A stretch of 64,000 bases of DNA. It comes from Wenzhouxiangella sp. GTDB lineage: Bacteria > Pseudomonadota > Gammaproteobacteria > Xanthomonadales > Wenzhouxiangellaceae. Below, in pieces: positions 29,762-40,034 of this stretch. The stretch lies in the NCBI GenBank assembly GCA_036351735.1, contig JAZBPR010000027.1:39073-103072 (forward strand). Direction: 5' to 3'. The translations under genes and the position numbers were made by a program. The number at the start of each line of letters is the position of its first letter. Within the stretch, counting starts at the first letter, position 1. Under the pieces are notes generated by a model. That model was not told the DNA's origin, ran no database searches, and was given only the letters and a program-made list of their open reading frames with translations.

Positions 29762-31423
29762 CTAGTCGCTTTCGCTCTTGTAACGCTCGCGCAAGCGGTT
29801 GCGAACGGCGATGGCGGTCAGGTTCAGTATCAGGATCAGCCCGACAAGAATGAGTGCCGTGGCATAGACCAGCGGGCGCGCGGCCTCCGCGTTGGGGCTC
29901 TGAAAGCCGACATCATAGATATGGAAGCCCAGATGCATGATGCGCCGTTCGAGATGCACAAACGGGAACTGGCCATCGACCGGCAGGTTGGGCGCAAGCT
30001 TGACCACACCCACCAGCATCAAGGGGGCCACTTCACCCGCAGCACGCGCCACGGCGAGAATCAACCCGGTCATCATGGCTGGCGTGCTCACCGGCACGAT
30101 CACTTTCCACAAGGTCTCGGCCTTGGTGGCACCGAGGGCGAGAGAACCCTCACGCATTGCGCGAGGAATTCGCGTCAAGCCTTCCTCGGTCGAGACGATC
30201 ACGACCGGCAAGGTCAGCAATGCCAGAGTCAGCGAGGCCCAGATCAGCCCCGGTGAGCCGAAGGTTGGTGCCGGCAATCGCTCCGGGTAAAACAGCTGAT
30301 CAATATTCCCGCCGAGAAAGTAGACAAAGAAGCCGAGCCCGAAGACGCCAAACACGATCGAGGGTACGCCGGCCAGGTTGTTGACCGAAATTCTGACGAT
30401 CTTGGTTACGGTGCCCTGCTTGGCGTATTCGCGCAGGTAAATTGCGGCGAGCACGCCGAACGGAGTGACCACGATCGACATGATCATCACCATCATCACC
30501 GTTCCGAAGATGGCCGGGAAGATGCCCCCTTCGGTGTTCGCTTCTCGTGGATAGCCGGTCATGAAATCCCAGAAACGTGAGGCATATTCGCCGACCTTCT
30601 GCGGAAAACTCATGGCGTTGGCGCGCGTCGCACGCACCACATCACCCAGATTGATGGTGATTTCGCTGCCATCGCTGACGCGAGCAATCAAGGCATCCCT
30701 GCGTCCACTTTCGCGAAGTTTGACCAGCTCTTGAAAAATCTGATCGTAATCTTCGTTGAGTCTCTCGACTTCGGCCTCACTGGCCGCAATCTGCTGTGCC
30801 CGTTGGGCGTCGCTCAGGGCGTCGTTGAGTTCAATCTTGCGCTGCTCCAGGCGCTCGCGTTCAATCAGTTGATTGATCCGCCCGATCTCGTAACGCTCCA
30901 TTTGGACTTTCTGCTCCGCCAACTCCCGACTTCGGTCCAATCTCTCTTCAAGCGCGGCCCAAGCGGCCTCTCCTTGGGCGACGATCTCCCCATTTTCCTG
31001 CACGGCAACCAGATAGCCGTAGAAGTCTCCCCACTCCTCTCTTTCCAGCACGATGGCATCCAGGGGATACCGATACTCCGACAGATTATTGTCGATGAAC
31101 CACTGGAAATCCCGTCCGGTGACATCGCGGTTGCCCAAATGGAACAATGTTCTGCTGACCAGATCCTGATCGGCGGGCACGTCGTAGCCGGCCTCGCGAA
31201 CCATTTGTGCAGTGACTGTTTCGGTCGCACGAATCGTGCCGAGAATCACCTGTGTCTGGCCATCACGATCGTAAGTGGCTTCGATCACGGGCGGTTGCCA
31301 GAAGTGCCCGAGGCCGCGTGCGGCAATCAACAGCAGCAGCCCGATGACCATCACCAGGCTGATACTGACCGCGCCGCCAATCAGCCAGATCCAGGGGTCG
31401 CCGCTTTTGAACCATTTACGCAC
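29762..31423 (-). CDS. pstA: Phosphate ABC transporter permease PstA (long form)
   Basis: [32 protein letters not shown] and [10 protein letters not shown], plus a large periplasmic coiled-coil insertion. Confidence 0.93.
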   Translation of the reverse strand: MRKWFKSGDPWIWLIGGAVSISLVMVIGLLLLIAARGLGHFWQPPVIEATYDRDGQTQVILGTIRATETVTAQMVREAGYDVPADQDLVSRTLFHLGNRDVTGRDFQWFIDNNLSEYRYPLDAIVLEREEWGDFYGYLVAVQENGEIVAQGEAAWAALEERLDRSRELAEQKVQMERYEIGRINQLIERERLEQRKIELNDALSDAQRAQQIAASEAEVERLNEDYDQIFQELVKLRESGRRDALIARVSDGSEITINLGDVVRATRANAMSFPQKVGEYASRFWDFMTGYPREANTEGGIFPAIFGTVMMVMIMSIVVTPFGVLAAIYLREYAKQGTVTKIVRISVNNLAGVPSIVFGVFGLGFFVYFLGGNIDQLFYPERLPAPTFGSPGLIWASLTLALLTLPVVIVSTEEGLTRIPRAMREGSLALGATKAETLWKVIVPVSTPAMMTGLILAVARAAGEVAPLMLVGVVKLAPNLPVDGQFPFVHLERRIMHLGFHIYDVGFQSPNAEAARPLVYATALILVGLILILNLTAIAVRNRLRERYKSESD

Positions 31424-31434
31424 AGAACATCTCC

Positions 31435-33723
31435 CTAAAGCGACGAATACTTGGCTCTCAAGCGCTGCCGGACCACTTCAGCGATGGTGTTGAGAATGAA
31501 AGTAAAGCCGAACAGGACGAGGGCGGCGAGAAACAGCAACCGGTAATGGGTCGAGCCGACAGCCGCTTCTTTCATTTCCACCGCGATATTGGCCGAGAGT
31601 GTCCGCATGCCTTCAAAAATGTTGAAGTTAACCACCGGCGAGTTACCGGTCGCCATGAGCACAATCATCGTTTCTCCCACGGCGCGTCCGAAACCGATCA
31701 TGACAGCCGAAAAGATCCCTGGGCTAGCTGTCAGAATGACTACTCCGATCACCGTTTGCCAGGGGGTCGCACCCAGCGCCAGAGATCCTTGCGTCAGGTG
31801 ACGTGGCACGTTGAACACGGCATCTTCGGCAATCGAGAAAATCGTCGGGATCACCGCAAACCCCATGGCAATGCCAACTACCAGAGCATTGCGCTGATCA
31901 TAGGTAATGCCCACGTCTGTAAACCACTGACGCATCGACCCATCGAAGAACCAGATCTCAATGAGCGGGCTCAAGCTCACGCAGACCCAGCCCGACAGCA
32001 GAATGACCGGAACCAGCAAGGCGGCTTCCCACCCTGGCGGCACGAGGTAGCGAACCGTCTTGGGCAGCACACTCCAACACCAGGCAAAGCCCAGCATGGC
32101 CAAGGGCAGAACGATTAAGATGCTGAAGACCGCAGGCAGATTATTCTCGACGAACGGCGCCATCCACAAACCGGCGAGAAAGCCCAGAATGACGGTCGGC
32201 AAAGCCTCCATCACCTCGATGGTGGGCTTGACCAGACCGCGCATTTTCGGGCTCATGAAATAGGCGGTGTAAATCGCGCCGAAGATCGCCAGCGGCATGG
32301 CAAACAGCATCGCGTAAAACGCGGCCTTGAGGGTTCCCACCGAGAGCGGGATCAGAGAAAGCTTGGGCTCAAACTCGTCGGTGGCCGATGAGGACTGCCA
32401 CACGTACTCAGGCTGCGAGCGACCTTCGTACCAAACCTTGTTCCAGAGGGCGGCCAGTGAAGACTCCGGGTGATCATTCCAAAGCTCTGCGTAATGCAGT
32501 TGGGGTCCACCGTCAGACCACATGACGGCATCGTTGCGGGGCGATAGCGAGACGTGCGTGATCGGGCGGTCCGAGACGTCTTCCATCAGGAGGGTCCGCG
32601 CGGAAGTGCCATAGTGAACACCAAGCCCTCCGGACGCATCACCAACCACAAAGCCCTTTCGCGAATACTCGGGGAAGATCGAGGTAATGGCTCCATCATG
32701 GCGCTTGAACTCTCGCACTCGGGTCAAGCGGCCAATATTGTTGTCATCCCGAACCAAGAAATATTGAAAAAGGCTGCCGTCAGAACCACCGACGATGACC
32801 GAAACCGTGCCGAGCAGATACTCCAGCGCAGTCACGGAAGCATTTGAATCTTCCAATACCTGGGCCGAATCCTTGAGTTCAGCGCGGGCCGGAGCGGAAA
32901 TATCGTAGTAGTGCAGCCGCCCCTGCGCATCGCCTACGAGCAGAATCTGCATGGTGATGTCCAGCAACAGCCGGGTTGGCGGCGCCGGTGGGCGCGGCAA
33001 TTCGAAACTGGATCGAACAAATTCCGTCGTACCGGTCATGAACGACCGGCGGGTCGCATAGCGGGTCAGAAGCAAACGACCGTCAGCCGTTGCCGCGGCA
33101 ATCCCGATTCCTGTCGATCCTTGTTGAATGGCAATGACTTCGAGTGGCTGACCGGCATCATCGATCGGGGTCAGCAACTCATCGATCGGCAAATTCAGCT
33201 TGGGCAGCACCTGGCGAACATCGTCCGGAAAATCCAGGTCATAGTCGTGTTGAACCACTGCGGCCCGGCCGTCCGACAAGCCATAGGCAACCAGGCCTGT
33301 TCGCGGCTCTCCAGCGGCAAAGCTTCGTACCGATGCGCCCTTAAAATCCAGCTGTTCTTGAAGAAGCGGCTGACCACTACGAGGGTTGAAAAAAGACACC
33401 ACTCCACCGGTGGTGAACCGAACAGCCGCTTCCTGGTAGCGTTCGCTGGCCAGAAAGGCCGTATCTTCGCCGTCTCCGGGCATGGCGTAGGCCACCGGCT
33501 CGTCTAAGCTTGCTCCCCGAAGCAGCGGCAGGACTTCGATAAACAAGAAAACGAAGATCAAAGTCAGCGAAATCACCACCCCATAGCCGGCCGCTGAAAC
33601 AAGCGCACGCGTTCCAACATCCTTGAGGTGGCGTGATTTTCTGAGTTTGCGACGCTCTTCCGGTCCCGGGAGCAGGTCGCTCGCGGTAACCAAGGGTGGA
33701 TCAGAACGACCGGTAGAAGACAT
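31435..33723 (-). CDS. pstC: Phosphate ABC transporter permease PstC (long form)
   Basis: [31 protein letters not shown] and GRAVGETM, plus about 400 aa of periplasmic repeat domain. Confidence 0.92.
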   Translation of the reverse strand: MSSTGRSDPPLVTASDLLPGPEERRKLRKSRHLKDVGTRALVSAAGYGVVISLTLIFVFLFIEVLPLLRGASLDEPVAYAMPGDGEDTAFLASERYQEAAVRFTTGGVVSFFNPRSGQPLLQEQLDFKGASVRSFAAGEPRTGLVAYGLSDGRAAVVQHDYDLDFPDDVRQVLPKLNLPIDELLTPIDDAGQPLEVIAIQQGSTGIGIAAATADGRLLLTRYATRRSFMTGTTEFVRSSFELPRPPAPPTRLLLDITMQILLVGDAQGRLHYYDISAPARAELKDSAQVLEDSNASVTALEYLLGTVSVIVGGSDGSLFQYFLVRDDNNIGRLTRVREFKRHDGAITSIFPEYSRKGFVVGDASGGLGVHYGTSARTLLMEDVSDRPITHVSLSPRNDAVMWSDGGPQLHYAELWNDHPESSLAALWNKVWYEGRSQPEYVWQSSSATDEFEPKLSLIPLSVGTLKAAFYAMLFAMPLAIFGAIYTAYFMSPKMRGLVKPTIEVMEALPTVILGFLAGLWMAPFVENNLPAVFSILIVLPLAMLGFAWCWSVLPKTVRYLVPPGWEAALLVPVILLSGWVCVSLSPLIEIWFFDGSMRQWFTDVGITYDQRNALVVGIAMGFAVIPTIFSIAEDAVFNVPRHLTQGSLALGATPWQTVIGVVILTASPGIFSAVMIGFGRAVGETMIVLMATGNSPVVNFNIFEGMRTLSANIAVEMKEAAVGSTHYRLLFLAALVLFGFTFILNTIAEVVRQRLRAKYSSL

Positions 33724-33775
33724 GCAAACCCTTGCTAGTGACGACGTGCGAGTAAAGACTGCGGATGGCGCAGTC

Positions 33776-33805
33776 TATGAACGAAATATTTCATTTTTAT
33801 GACAG
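33776..33805 (-). promoter_or_regulatory. Pho box upstream of pstC (three 11-bp units)
   Basis: Minus strand CTGTCAT-AAAA-ATGAAAT-ATTT-CGTTCAT matches the PhoB consensus CTGTCAT-A(A/T)A(T/A)-CTGT(C/A)A(C/T). Confidence 0.8.
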
Positions 33806-33834
33806 AAGCGCTCCGCTCCGCGGCGAAGCACTTC
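33805..33834 (-). other. 12-bp stem-loop after pstS (mRNA-stabilising or weak terminator)
   Basis: GAAGUGCUUCGC-CGCGGA-GCGGAGCGCUUC pairs fully on the minus strand using three G-U wobbles. No long U tract. Confidence 0.55.
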
Positions 33835-33865
33835 GTCTAAACCAACTGCAAATCCCGACTGGCCG

Positions 33866-34843
33866 TCAGTCGGTAATGCCGAGTTCTGCTCGGAAACGTT
33901 CAGCCACAGCCGCCGGCAGAGGAATGTAGCCATCTCTGACCACAACTTCCTGACCTTGCTTGGACAGGATCAGCTTGACGAATTCACGTTCCAACGGTGG
34001 CAGGGGGTCATTAGGATGCTTGTTGACCGCGACGTAAAGAAAGCGAGCAAGCGGATAGCTGCCATCAGCTGCGGTTTCGGCGGTTGGCGGAACCAGTTCA
34101 CCACCATGTTCCAGCGACAAAGGAATCGCACGCACGCCAGAGGTCTTGTAGCCAATACCCGAATAGCCAATGCCGTTGATCGACTCTGCCACGCCCTGAA
34201 CGACCGAGGAAGAGCCGGGCTGCTCATTGATAGAGTCCCGGAAATCTCCGTCGCACAGTGCGTACTGACGGAAGTAACCGTAGGTGCCAGAAACGGCGTT
34301 ACGAGAGTAGAGGGTAAAGTCACGCGACGCCCAATCCCCGCTCAGGCCGACCTGGCCCCAGCGAGTGATGTCTTCCGGATGGCCGCAGCGACGGGTTTCC
34401 GTAAAGATCGCGTCGACTTGCGGAATGGACAAGCCTTCAATCGGATTATCACGATTGACGTAGACCGCAAGCAGATCAACTGCGACGCCGAGAATTGTCA
34501 TGGGGTAGCCAAAGCGCTCTTCGAAGGCCTGTTGCTCACTTTCGCGGGGCATCCGACTCATCGGGCCAAAGTTGGCCGTGCCTTCCGTCATCGCCGGTGG
34601 TGCGGTCGATGTGCCCGCGCCCTGGATCTGGATATTGACATTGGGATAGATCGTCTGAAACTCCTCAGCCCACAGCGTCATAAGATTGTTCAGCGTGTCT
34701 GAACCGACCGTAGACAGGTTTCCGGAAATTCCTGAGACCGGCACGTAATCCGGCAAGTTGGGGTCTACTTCAGCCCGCGCGAACGCAGAGCCTGCAGCCA
34801 AAACGGCGCCAATGGCGCTGTAGGTCAAAGCTTTTTTCAACAT
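33866..34843 (-). CDS. pstS: Phosphate-binding protein PstS
   Basis: [30 protein letters not shown] and [20 protein letters not shown] before MLKKAL. Confidence 0.95.
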   Translation of the reverse strand: MLKKALTYSAIGAVLAAGSAFARAEVDPNLPDYVPVSGISGNLSTVGSDTLNNLMTLWAEEFQTIYPNVNIQIQGAGTSTAPPAMTEGTANFGPMSRMPRESEQQAFEERFGYPMTILGVAVDLLAVYVNRDNPIEGLSIPQVDAIFTETRRCGHPEDITRWGQVGLSGDWASRDFTLYSRNAVSGTYGYFRQYALCDGDFRDSINEQPGSSSVVQGVAESINGIGYSGIGYKTSGVRAIPLSLEHGGELVPPTAETAADGSYPLARFLYVAVNKHPNDPLPPLEREFVKLILSKQGQEVVVRDGYIPLPAAVAERFRAELGITD

Positions 34844-34894
34844 GTTGATCTCCTGATCAAGCAAACTGGATCGATACCGACGGCACTTTAGTCG

Positions 34895-34916
34895 GGTTTT
34901 ATGACATTCAAATTAC
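34895..34916 (-). promoter_or_regulatory. Pho box upstream of pstS
   Basis: Minus strand GTAAT-TTGAAT-GTCAT-AAAAC, two half-sites 11 bp apart, overlapping the phoR stop. Confidence 0.65.
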
Positions 34917-36235
34917 GCCTGAGCCACGTGCTGCTCAGACCGGACTGATACTCGCTCAGCAGGAAACACACAGCGGAAAGTGCTGCCTTGCTCAGGCTCT
35001 GATTCAACCTCAAGCTGGGCTCCATGACGCTGCATCACATGCTTGACGATCGCAAGCCCAAGCCCGGTTCCCCCACTGCTTCTACTCCGAGCGCTGTCGA
35101 CCCGATAAAAGCGCTGGGTAATGAACGGAAGGTGGCGTGCTTCGATGCCAATCCCTTCATCAACGACCTCAAAAACTGCGGAACCATCATCGCGACCGAA
35201 CCAGGAAACGCCAACGTATCCGCCAGCAGCGGTGTACCGCAGAGCATTGAGCACGAGGTTGGAGAAAGCAGAGTGGAGTTCGCTTTCCAGCCCCTGCAGG
35301 GCCATTAGATCGCAACGCTCCAACTTGATCTCATGCTGGTTGCCGTCCTGAAGCCGGGCATCATTGAGGATTCGATCGAGCATGCTCGGAACCTCGACGA
35401 TCTGGCCTTCGGGCACCTCGCTGTCCTCTGTCTCCAACCGCGAAAGCTCAAGCAAGTCATCCACCAGCGTAGACATTCGCCGGCATTGCAGCTGCATTTC
35501 ATCAATCGGCTCACGCCACTCCGGATCCAGCGCCTCGTCCTCGCCCAGGGTCTCCAGATAACCGGACAACACGGTCAGGGGCGAGCGCAGCTCGTGGGAC
35601 GCATTCGCCACAAAGTCTCTTCGCATGGCTTGCAGACGCAGCATGCGGGTGACATCCCGAAACAACGCCAGATACTGGTTAGACCCATAGGGAATCAGAC
35701 GTACCGAGATGCTCCTGGATTCATCGACTGGCGATCGCAGCACGACCGGGTTGTCGAAATCTCCGGCCTTGAGATACGCGACAAGCTTGGGGTTGCGGAC
35801 CAGATTGGCCAGCGGCTGACCCAGATCGCGCTTGGAAATCAGGCGCAGCATCTCTTCGGCAGCGCTGTTGAACCAGAGAATCCTATGGTCTCCGTCCAGC
35901 ACCAGCGAACCGTCCGGCATGGCCGAGGTCGATTCGCGAAATTCCCGAATCACCTTGGCCAGACGCTTCTTGCGCTTGTAGTACCGCTTCTGCAACCGGA
36001 AATAGTCGTCGAAAACTTCACCCCAGATTCCCCAAGATTCAGGGGGATTGCGCTGCCGGCCGCTGCCTAACCACTTCTCGAGCTTTCGCAACTGCAGGAA
36101 ATGCCGAGCAAGCAGGGCAACCAGCGCCAAGCTCAGCCACCATCCCAGACCACCGAAAACCAAGCCACCCAATAAGGCAACGGCCAGCAAGCCAGCCAGA
36201 AAATAAATCTCTGCCAGCCAGGCCCTACGCATCAA
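34913..36235 (-). CDS. phoR: Phosphate regulon sensor kinase
   Basis: RRDFVANASHELRSPLTV H-box, NLVLNALRYT, DEGIGI, FYRVD and GTGLGLAIVKH. Confidence 0.95.
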   Translation of the reverse strand: MMRRAWLAEIYFLAGLLAVALLGGLVFGGLGWWLSLALVALLARHFLQLRKLEKWLGSGRQRNPPESWGIWGEVFDDYFRLQKRYYKRKKRLAKVIREFRESTSAMPDGSLVLDGDHRILWFNSAAEEMLRLISKRDLGQPLANLVRNPKLVAYLKAGDFDNPVVLRSPVDESRSISVRLIPYGSNQYLALFRDVTRMLRLQAMRRDFVANASHELRSPLTVLSGYLETLGEDEALDPEWREPIDEMQLQCRRMSTLVDDLLELSRLETEDSEVPEGQIVEVPSMLDRILNDARLQDGNQHEIKLERCDLMALQGLESELHSAFSNLVLNALRYTAAGGYVGVSWFGRDDGSAVFEVVDEGIGIEARHLPFITQRFYRVDSARSRSSGGTGLGLAIVKHVMQRHGAQLEVESEPEQGSTFRCVFPAERVSVRSEQHVAQA

Positions 36236-36924
36236 TTTCCGACTCGAGTGGAAAAGCGATAACCTGCCCCGCGAACCGTCTGGATATAGCGATCCTTCTT
36301 GAAAGGCTTGAGCACCTTGCGCAACCGAAGGATATGCACATCAACCGTGCGCTCCTCCACATAGACCCCGCCACCCCAGACATGGTCGAGCAGTTGGGCA
36401 CGCGAGTAAACGCGATCAGGATGCGACATGAAGAACTTGAGCAATCGATATTCAGTCGGGCCAAGATCCAGCGGTGCGTTGTCGGCGAACACCCGATGAC
36501 TGGCCACGTTGAGCACCAGCCCATCGGCGCTCACCTCGTCGTCCCCGTCAGCCGGAGAGGAACGTCGCAGCACAGCCTTGATCCGGGCGAGAAGCTCTCT
36601 GGCAGCGAATGGCTTGGTGATGTAGTCATCGGCGCCGCTGTCAAAGCCGCGAATCTTGTCGTCTTCCATGCCACGTGCGGTCAGCATGATGATAGGCAAA
36701 TCCCGCGTCAATTCATCGCGTCGCAGGGATCGGGCAAACTCCGGGCCATTCATATCGGGAAGCATCCAGTCGAGCAAGATCAGATCCGGGCGTTGATCGG
36801 TCAGTGCGATCCGAGCGGACTGGCAATCGCCGGCTTCCATGGTCTCGAATCCTGCTCTCGACAAGTTGAATGCCACCATCCGACGGATGGCCTCGTCATC
36901 TTCGACCAGCAGTATGCGCTGCAC
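36232..36924 (-). CDS. phoB: Phosphate regulon response regulator
   Basis: ILLVEDD, LLDWMLP, GADDYITKPF, GPTEYRLL and ERTVDVHILRLRK. GTG start with AAGGGA RBS. Confidence 0.96.
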   Translation of the reverse strand: MQRILLVEDDEAIRRMVAFNLSRAGFETMEAGDCQSARIALTDQRPDLILLDWMLPDMNGPEFARSLRRDELTRDLPIIMLTARGMEDDKIRGFDSGADDYITKPFAARELLARIKAVLRRSSPADGDDEVSADGLVLNVASHRVFADNAPLDLGPTEYRLLKFFMSHPDRVYSRAQLLDHVWGGGVYVEERTVDVHILRLRKVLKPFKKDRYIQTVRGAGYRFSTRVGN

Positions 36925-36971
36925 GGCGATCCCTTTTTTTGCCGATTTCCTCACGCGCAATTGCAACAAGT

Positions 36972-36993
36972 CAATATGACAGGACCATGAAGC
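36972..36993 (-). promoter_or_regulatory. Candidate Pho box upstream of phoB
   Basis: Minus strand GCTTCAT-GGTC-CTGTCAT-ATTG, 11-bp spacing. Confidence 0.55.
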
Positions 36994-36999
36994 GAAGAA

Positions 37000-37974
37000 T
37001 CATCCCGATTTGTAGCGGTCCAGAGCTTCTGAAAGCGCCGTCTGCACGCCGGCACGCAGAAATTCGGGCCCCAATACCTCAACATCAGCGCCATAGCGCA
37101 GAATCTCCATCTGAAGCTCGCGGTCTTGGCCAAATGGCACGGTCAACTGATAGGTGCCATCCGCCTGCCACGTACCTTGCTGATCAGGATGCCACATCTC
37201 TTCGGCAGCCCATCGCGCTGCTTCGGCACTGAACTGCAAGGTAGCAACGTGATCTGCAGGGCCGGAAAAGATGCCAAAGGCCGCATCCAGCTGCTTGCGA
37301 ATCAGGCGTGGATCGACCTCTTTGGCAGCCTCATCAAGTCTTGTCAGGCTCCTAATCCGCTCCAGCGAAAAACTTCTCAGCCCCTCAGCCCGGTGACACC
37401 AGGCGTCGAGATACCAACGGTCTCGATAGCTGGTCAACCGCTGAGGGGAAATTTCGCGTGAACTCAAGTCATCTCGCCGGCGACCGTGATATTCGATCTG
37501 CAGACGCTGACGACCAAACAACCCGCCCAACACGTCTTCAAACAAAGCTCCTGGAACGGGCCGACCGGCGTCCTTGCGGATATGAATGCGCTCCGGCTGA
37601 GCCGAAAAATCCAGGCCCTGACGGTCCAGCAACTGGTTGATCCGCTCCTGCACACCCTTCAGTTCACCCTCCAGCAGACCCGGCTGCACGTTGCCGAGAA
37701 TGTGTCGGGCGATCAGCAGCGCCTGCAGTTCCTCAGGGCTGATCCACAAACCGGGCAGCTCAAAGTGCCCGGCCAGGCTGCGATCATAGAAGAATCCTCG
37801 CCCCTCTTCGTCCTGCTCCAGCGGGGCACCCAGGGTGTCACGCAGTTCAGCGATCAATCGATACAAAGTGGCCTGGCTGCAGCCCAGTTCTTCCATGAGC
37901 ACATGTCGAGAGACCGGCGTTCGACGCTGGCGAAGAATATCGTGCAAGTGATACAAACGTTCGCGACGCGACAT
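37000..37974 (-). CDS. HTH-WYL-WCX transcriptional regulator (YafY family)
   Basis: N-terminal HTH (ELGCSQATLYRLI), ISPQRL, RWYLDAWC, RSFSLERI and VEVLGPEFLR. Start placed at MSRRERL. Confidence 0.88.
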   Translation of the reverse strand: MSRRERLYHLHDILRQRRTPVSRHVLMEELGCSQATLYRLIAELRDTLGAPLEQDEEGRGFFYDRSLAGHFELPGLWISPEELQALLIARHILGNVQPGLLEGELKGVQERINQLLDRQGLDFSAQPERIHIRKDAGRPVPGALFEDVLGGLFGRQRLQIEYHGRRRDDLSSREISPQRLTSYRDRWYLDAWCHRAEGLRSFSLERIRSLTRLDEAAKEVDPRLIRKQLDAAFGIFSGPADHVATLQFSAEAARWAAEEMWHPDQQGTWQADGTYQLTVPFGQDRELQMEILRYGADVEVLGPEFLRAGVQTALSEALDRYKSG

Positions 37975-37982
37975 ACGGCGCT

Positions 37983-38462
37983 TCAGCCACCGCCCCTGCA
38001 GGCCTTGCAGCGGCCATAGATCTCGAGCACCTGGTGCCTGGCTCTGAAGCCGTGAACCTTGGCTGCCTTGTCCAGCGCACGAATGAGGCTGTGGTCGTGT
38101 ACCTCGGTTACTGTTTGGCATCGCTCGCAGATCAAAAACTGCCCCTGGTGCTGATCCTCGGGATGGAAGCAGCTAACAAATGCGTTGAGGGTTTCCAAAC
38201 GGTGGATGAAGTGGTTTTCGAGAAGAAAGTCCAATGCTCGATAGATGGTTGGCGGCGCAGCGCCGGGGCGCTCGCACTTGAGCTTATCCAGCAGGTCATA
38301 GGCCTTGACCGGGCCATCTGCGTCCAGGATCATTTCGAGCACTCGGCGCCGCGTCGAGGTCAAGCGCAGCCCCTGCACCCGACACTGGCGCTCGACCTCA
38401 CCCATGACCTCTTTGGCCTCCATGCGACCGAGTTTAGCAGGTGGCGCCTGAATCTCAGGCAT
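37983..38462 (-). CDS. zur: Fur-family regulator, Zur-like
   Basis: LRLTSTRRRVL, PPTIYRALDFL, FLICERC and GRCKAC (two CxxC). The position downstream of gltX matches Xanthomonas zur as I recall it. Confidence 0.75.
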   Translation of the reverse strand: MPEIQAPPAKLGRMEAKEVMGEVERQCRVQGLRLTSTRRRVLEMILDADGPVKAYDLLDKLKCERPGAAPPTIYRALDFLLENHFIHRLETLNAFVSCFHPEDQHQGQFLICERCQTVTEVHDHSLIRALDKAAKVHGFRARHQVLEIYGRCKACRGGG

Positions 38463-39882
38463 TGGCGGCCCGCTCTGCGATCCAAGCCAGAGCCCGCCTG
38501 ATTCGACTCACACTTCGCTCCCGCCCCATCAGCCAAAGCGTCTGGTCAATGCCCGGCGATTGCCCGTGCCCCATGAGAGCCACTCGCAAGGGCATACCAA
38601 TTTTCCCAAAGCCGATGGCAAGGTCATCGGCAGTCGCCTGAACAGTCGCCTGCAGCGCTTCAGGGCTCCAGTCAACAAGCCCTTCAAGCTTGTCCAGCAG
38701 GACTTGCAGCGGCTCGGCAGCGACTGGGCGCAGGTGCTTTTTGGCAGCTGCTGGATCAAAGTCCTCGAAGTCTGCGTAAAAGGCGCGGCTCTGGTCAACC
38801 AGTTCTTTGAGTGTCTCGAAACGTTCAGCCTGCACACTGCGCAAGTCGTCAAGACTGGGACCGGCCGCTGGATCCAGTCCAGCCTGCGCCATGTGCCATG
38901 TCAGCTCAACATGAATCTGATCGCGATTGCCCTCGCGCATGTAATGCTGATTGAGCCATTTCAGCTTTTCGGTATCGAAGCGAGACGGCTTGCGGTTGAC
39001 ATCCTCTATTCGGAACAACTCGATCAATTCCTGCCGCGAGAAAACTTCCTGATCCCCATGCGACCAACCCAGGCGTGCCAGGTAGTTGACCAGTGCGTCT
39101 GGCAGATAGCCCTGTTCCCGCCACGCCATCACGCTCACCGCACCATGGCGTTTGGAAAGCCGCTGGCCATCGTCTCCGAGAATCATAGGCACGTGGGCAA
39201 ATTCCGGGGGCGTGGCGCCAAGCGCCTGATAAAGATTGATCTGGCGCGGAGTGTTGTTGATGTGGTCGTCGCCGCGAACGACCAGGTTGATCCCCATGTC
39301 GAGATCGTCAATGACCACGGCGAAGTTATAGGTGGGTGAACCATCCGCCCGTGCGATGATCAGGTCGTCAAGCTCTGCGTTGGAAATTTCGATCCTCCCG
39401 CGCACCCGATCCTCGAACACCACACTACCGTGGTCCGGATTGCGGAAACGGATGACCGGGGCCACACCATCCACCGGCTCCGAGCGGTCCCGACAATGGC
39501 CGTCGTAGCGCGGCTTCTCACCAGCTGCCATAGCCTCGGCACGCAACTTGTCCAGACGATCGCGGGAACAGTAGCAGCGATAGGCCTGCCCGCTGTCCAA
39601 CAACTGATGCAACACTTCCTCATAGCGACCCTGACGCTGACTCTGGTAGAACGGACCTTCGTCATACTCCAAACCCAGCCAGTCCATGCCGTCGAGAATC
39701 GCTTGGACCGAGGCCTGGGTTGATCGCTCGCGGTCGGTATCTTCAATGCGCAGGATGAAAGCGCCACCGGACGCTCTGGCCGCCAACTGGCAGAACAAAG
39801 CCGTACGCGCACCGCCAATATGCAGGAAACCGGTCGGTGAAGGCGCAAAGCGTGTGCGGATCTGGTCAGGACTATGGGTCAT
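38455..39882 (-). CDS. gltX: Glutamate--tRNA ligase
   Basis: RFAPSPTGFLHIGG, LRIEDTD, RGDDHINNT and LSKRHG. Confidence 0.97.
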   Translation of the reverse strand: MTHSPDQIRTRFAPSPTGFLHIGGARTALFCQLAARASGGAFILRIEDTDRERSTQASVQAILDGMDWLGLEYDEGPFYQSQRQGRYEEVLHQLLDSGQAYRCYCSRDRLDKLRAEAMAAGEKPRYDGHCRDRSEPVDGVAPVIRFRNPDHGSVVFEDRVRGRIEISNAELDDLIIARADGSPTYNFAVVIDDLDMGINLVVRGDDHINNTPRQINLYQALGATPPEFAHVPMILGDDGQRLSKRHGAVSVMAWREQGYLPDALVNYLARLGWSHGDQEVFSRQELIELFRIEDVNRKPSRFDTEKLKWLNQHYMREGNRDQIHVELTWHMAQAGLDPAAGPSLDDLRSVQAERFETLKELVDQSRAFYADFEDFDPAAAKKHLRPVAAEPLQVLLDKLEGLVDWSPEALQATVQATADDLAIGFGKIGMPLRVALMGHGQSPGIDQTLWLMGRERSVSRIRRALAWIAERAANA

Positions 39883-40034
39883 GAAATGAGAAACGGAATC
39901 GGAGGGCAGCCGATCATTTTAGCGGATTGCCACGTCTGCGAAAATCTTTGGCCATGCGGTATAAAGGCAAATCCTGGAATTCACAGTGACCTCTTCGAAC
40001 CGTGTACAGCCACATGAAGCTCGCAGCCTGAATA

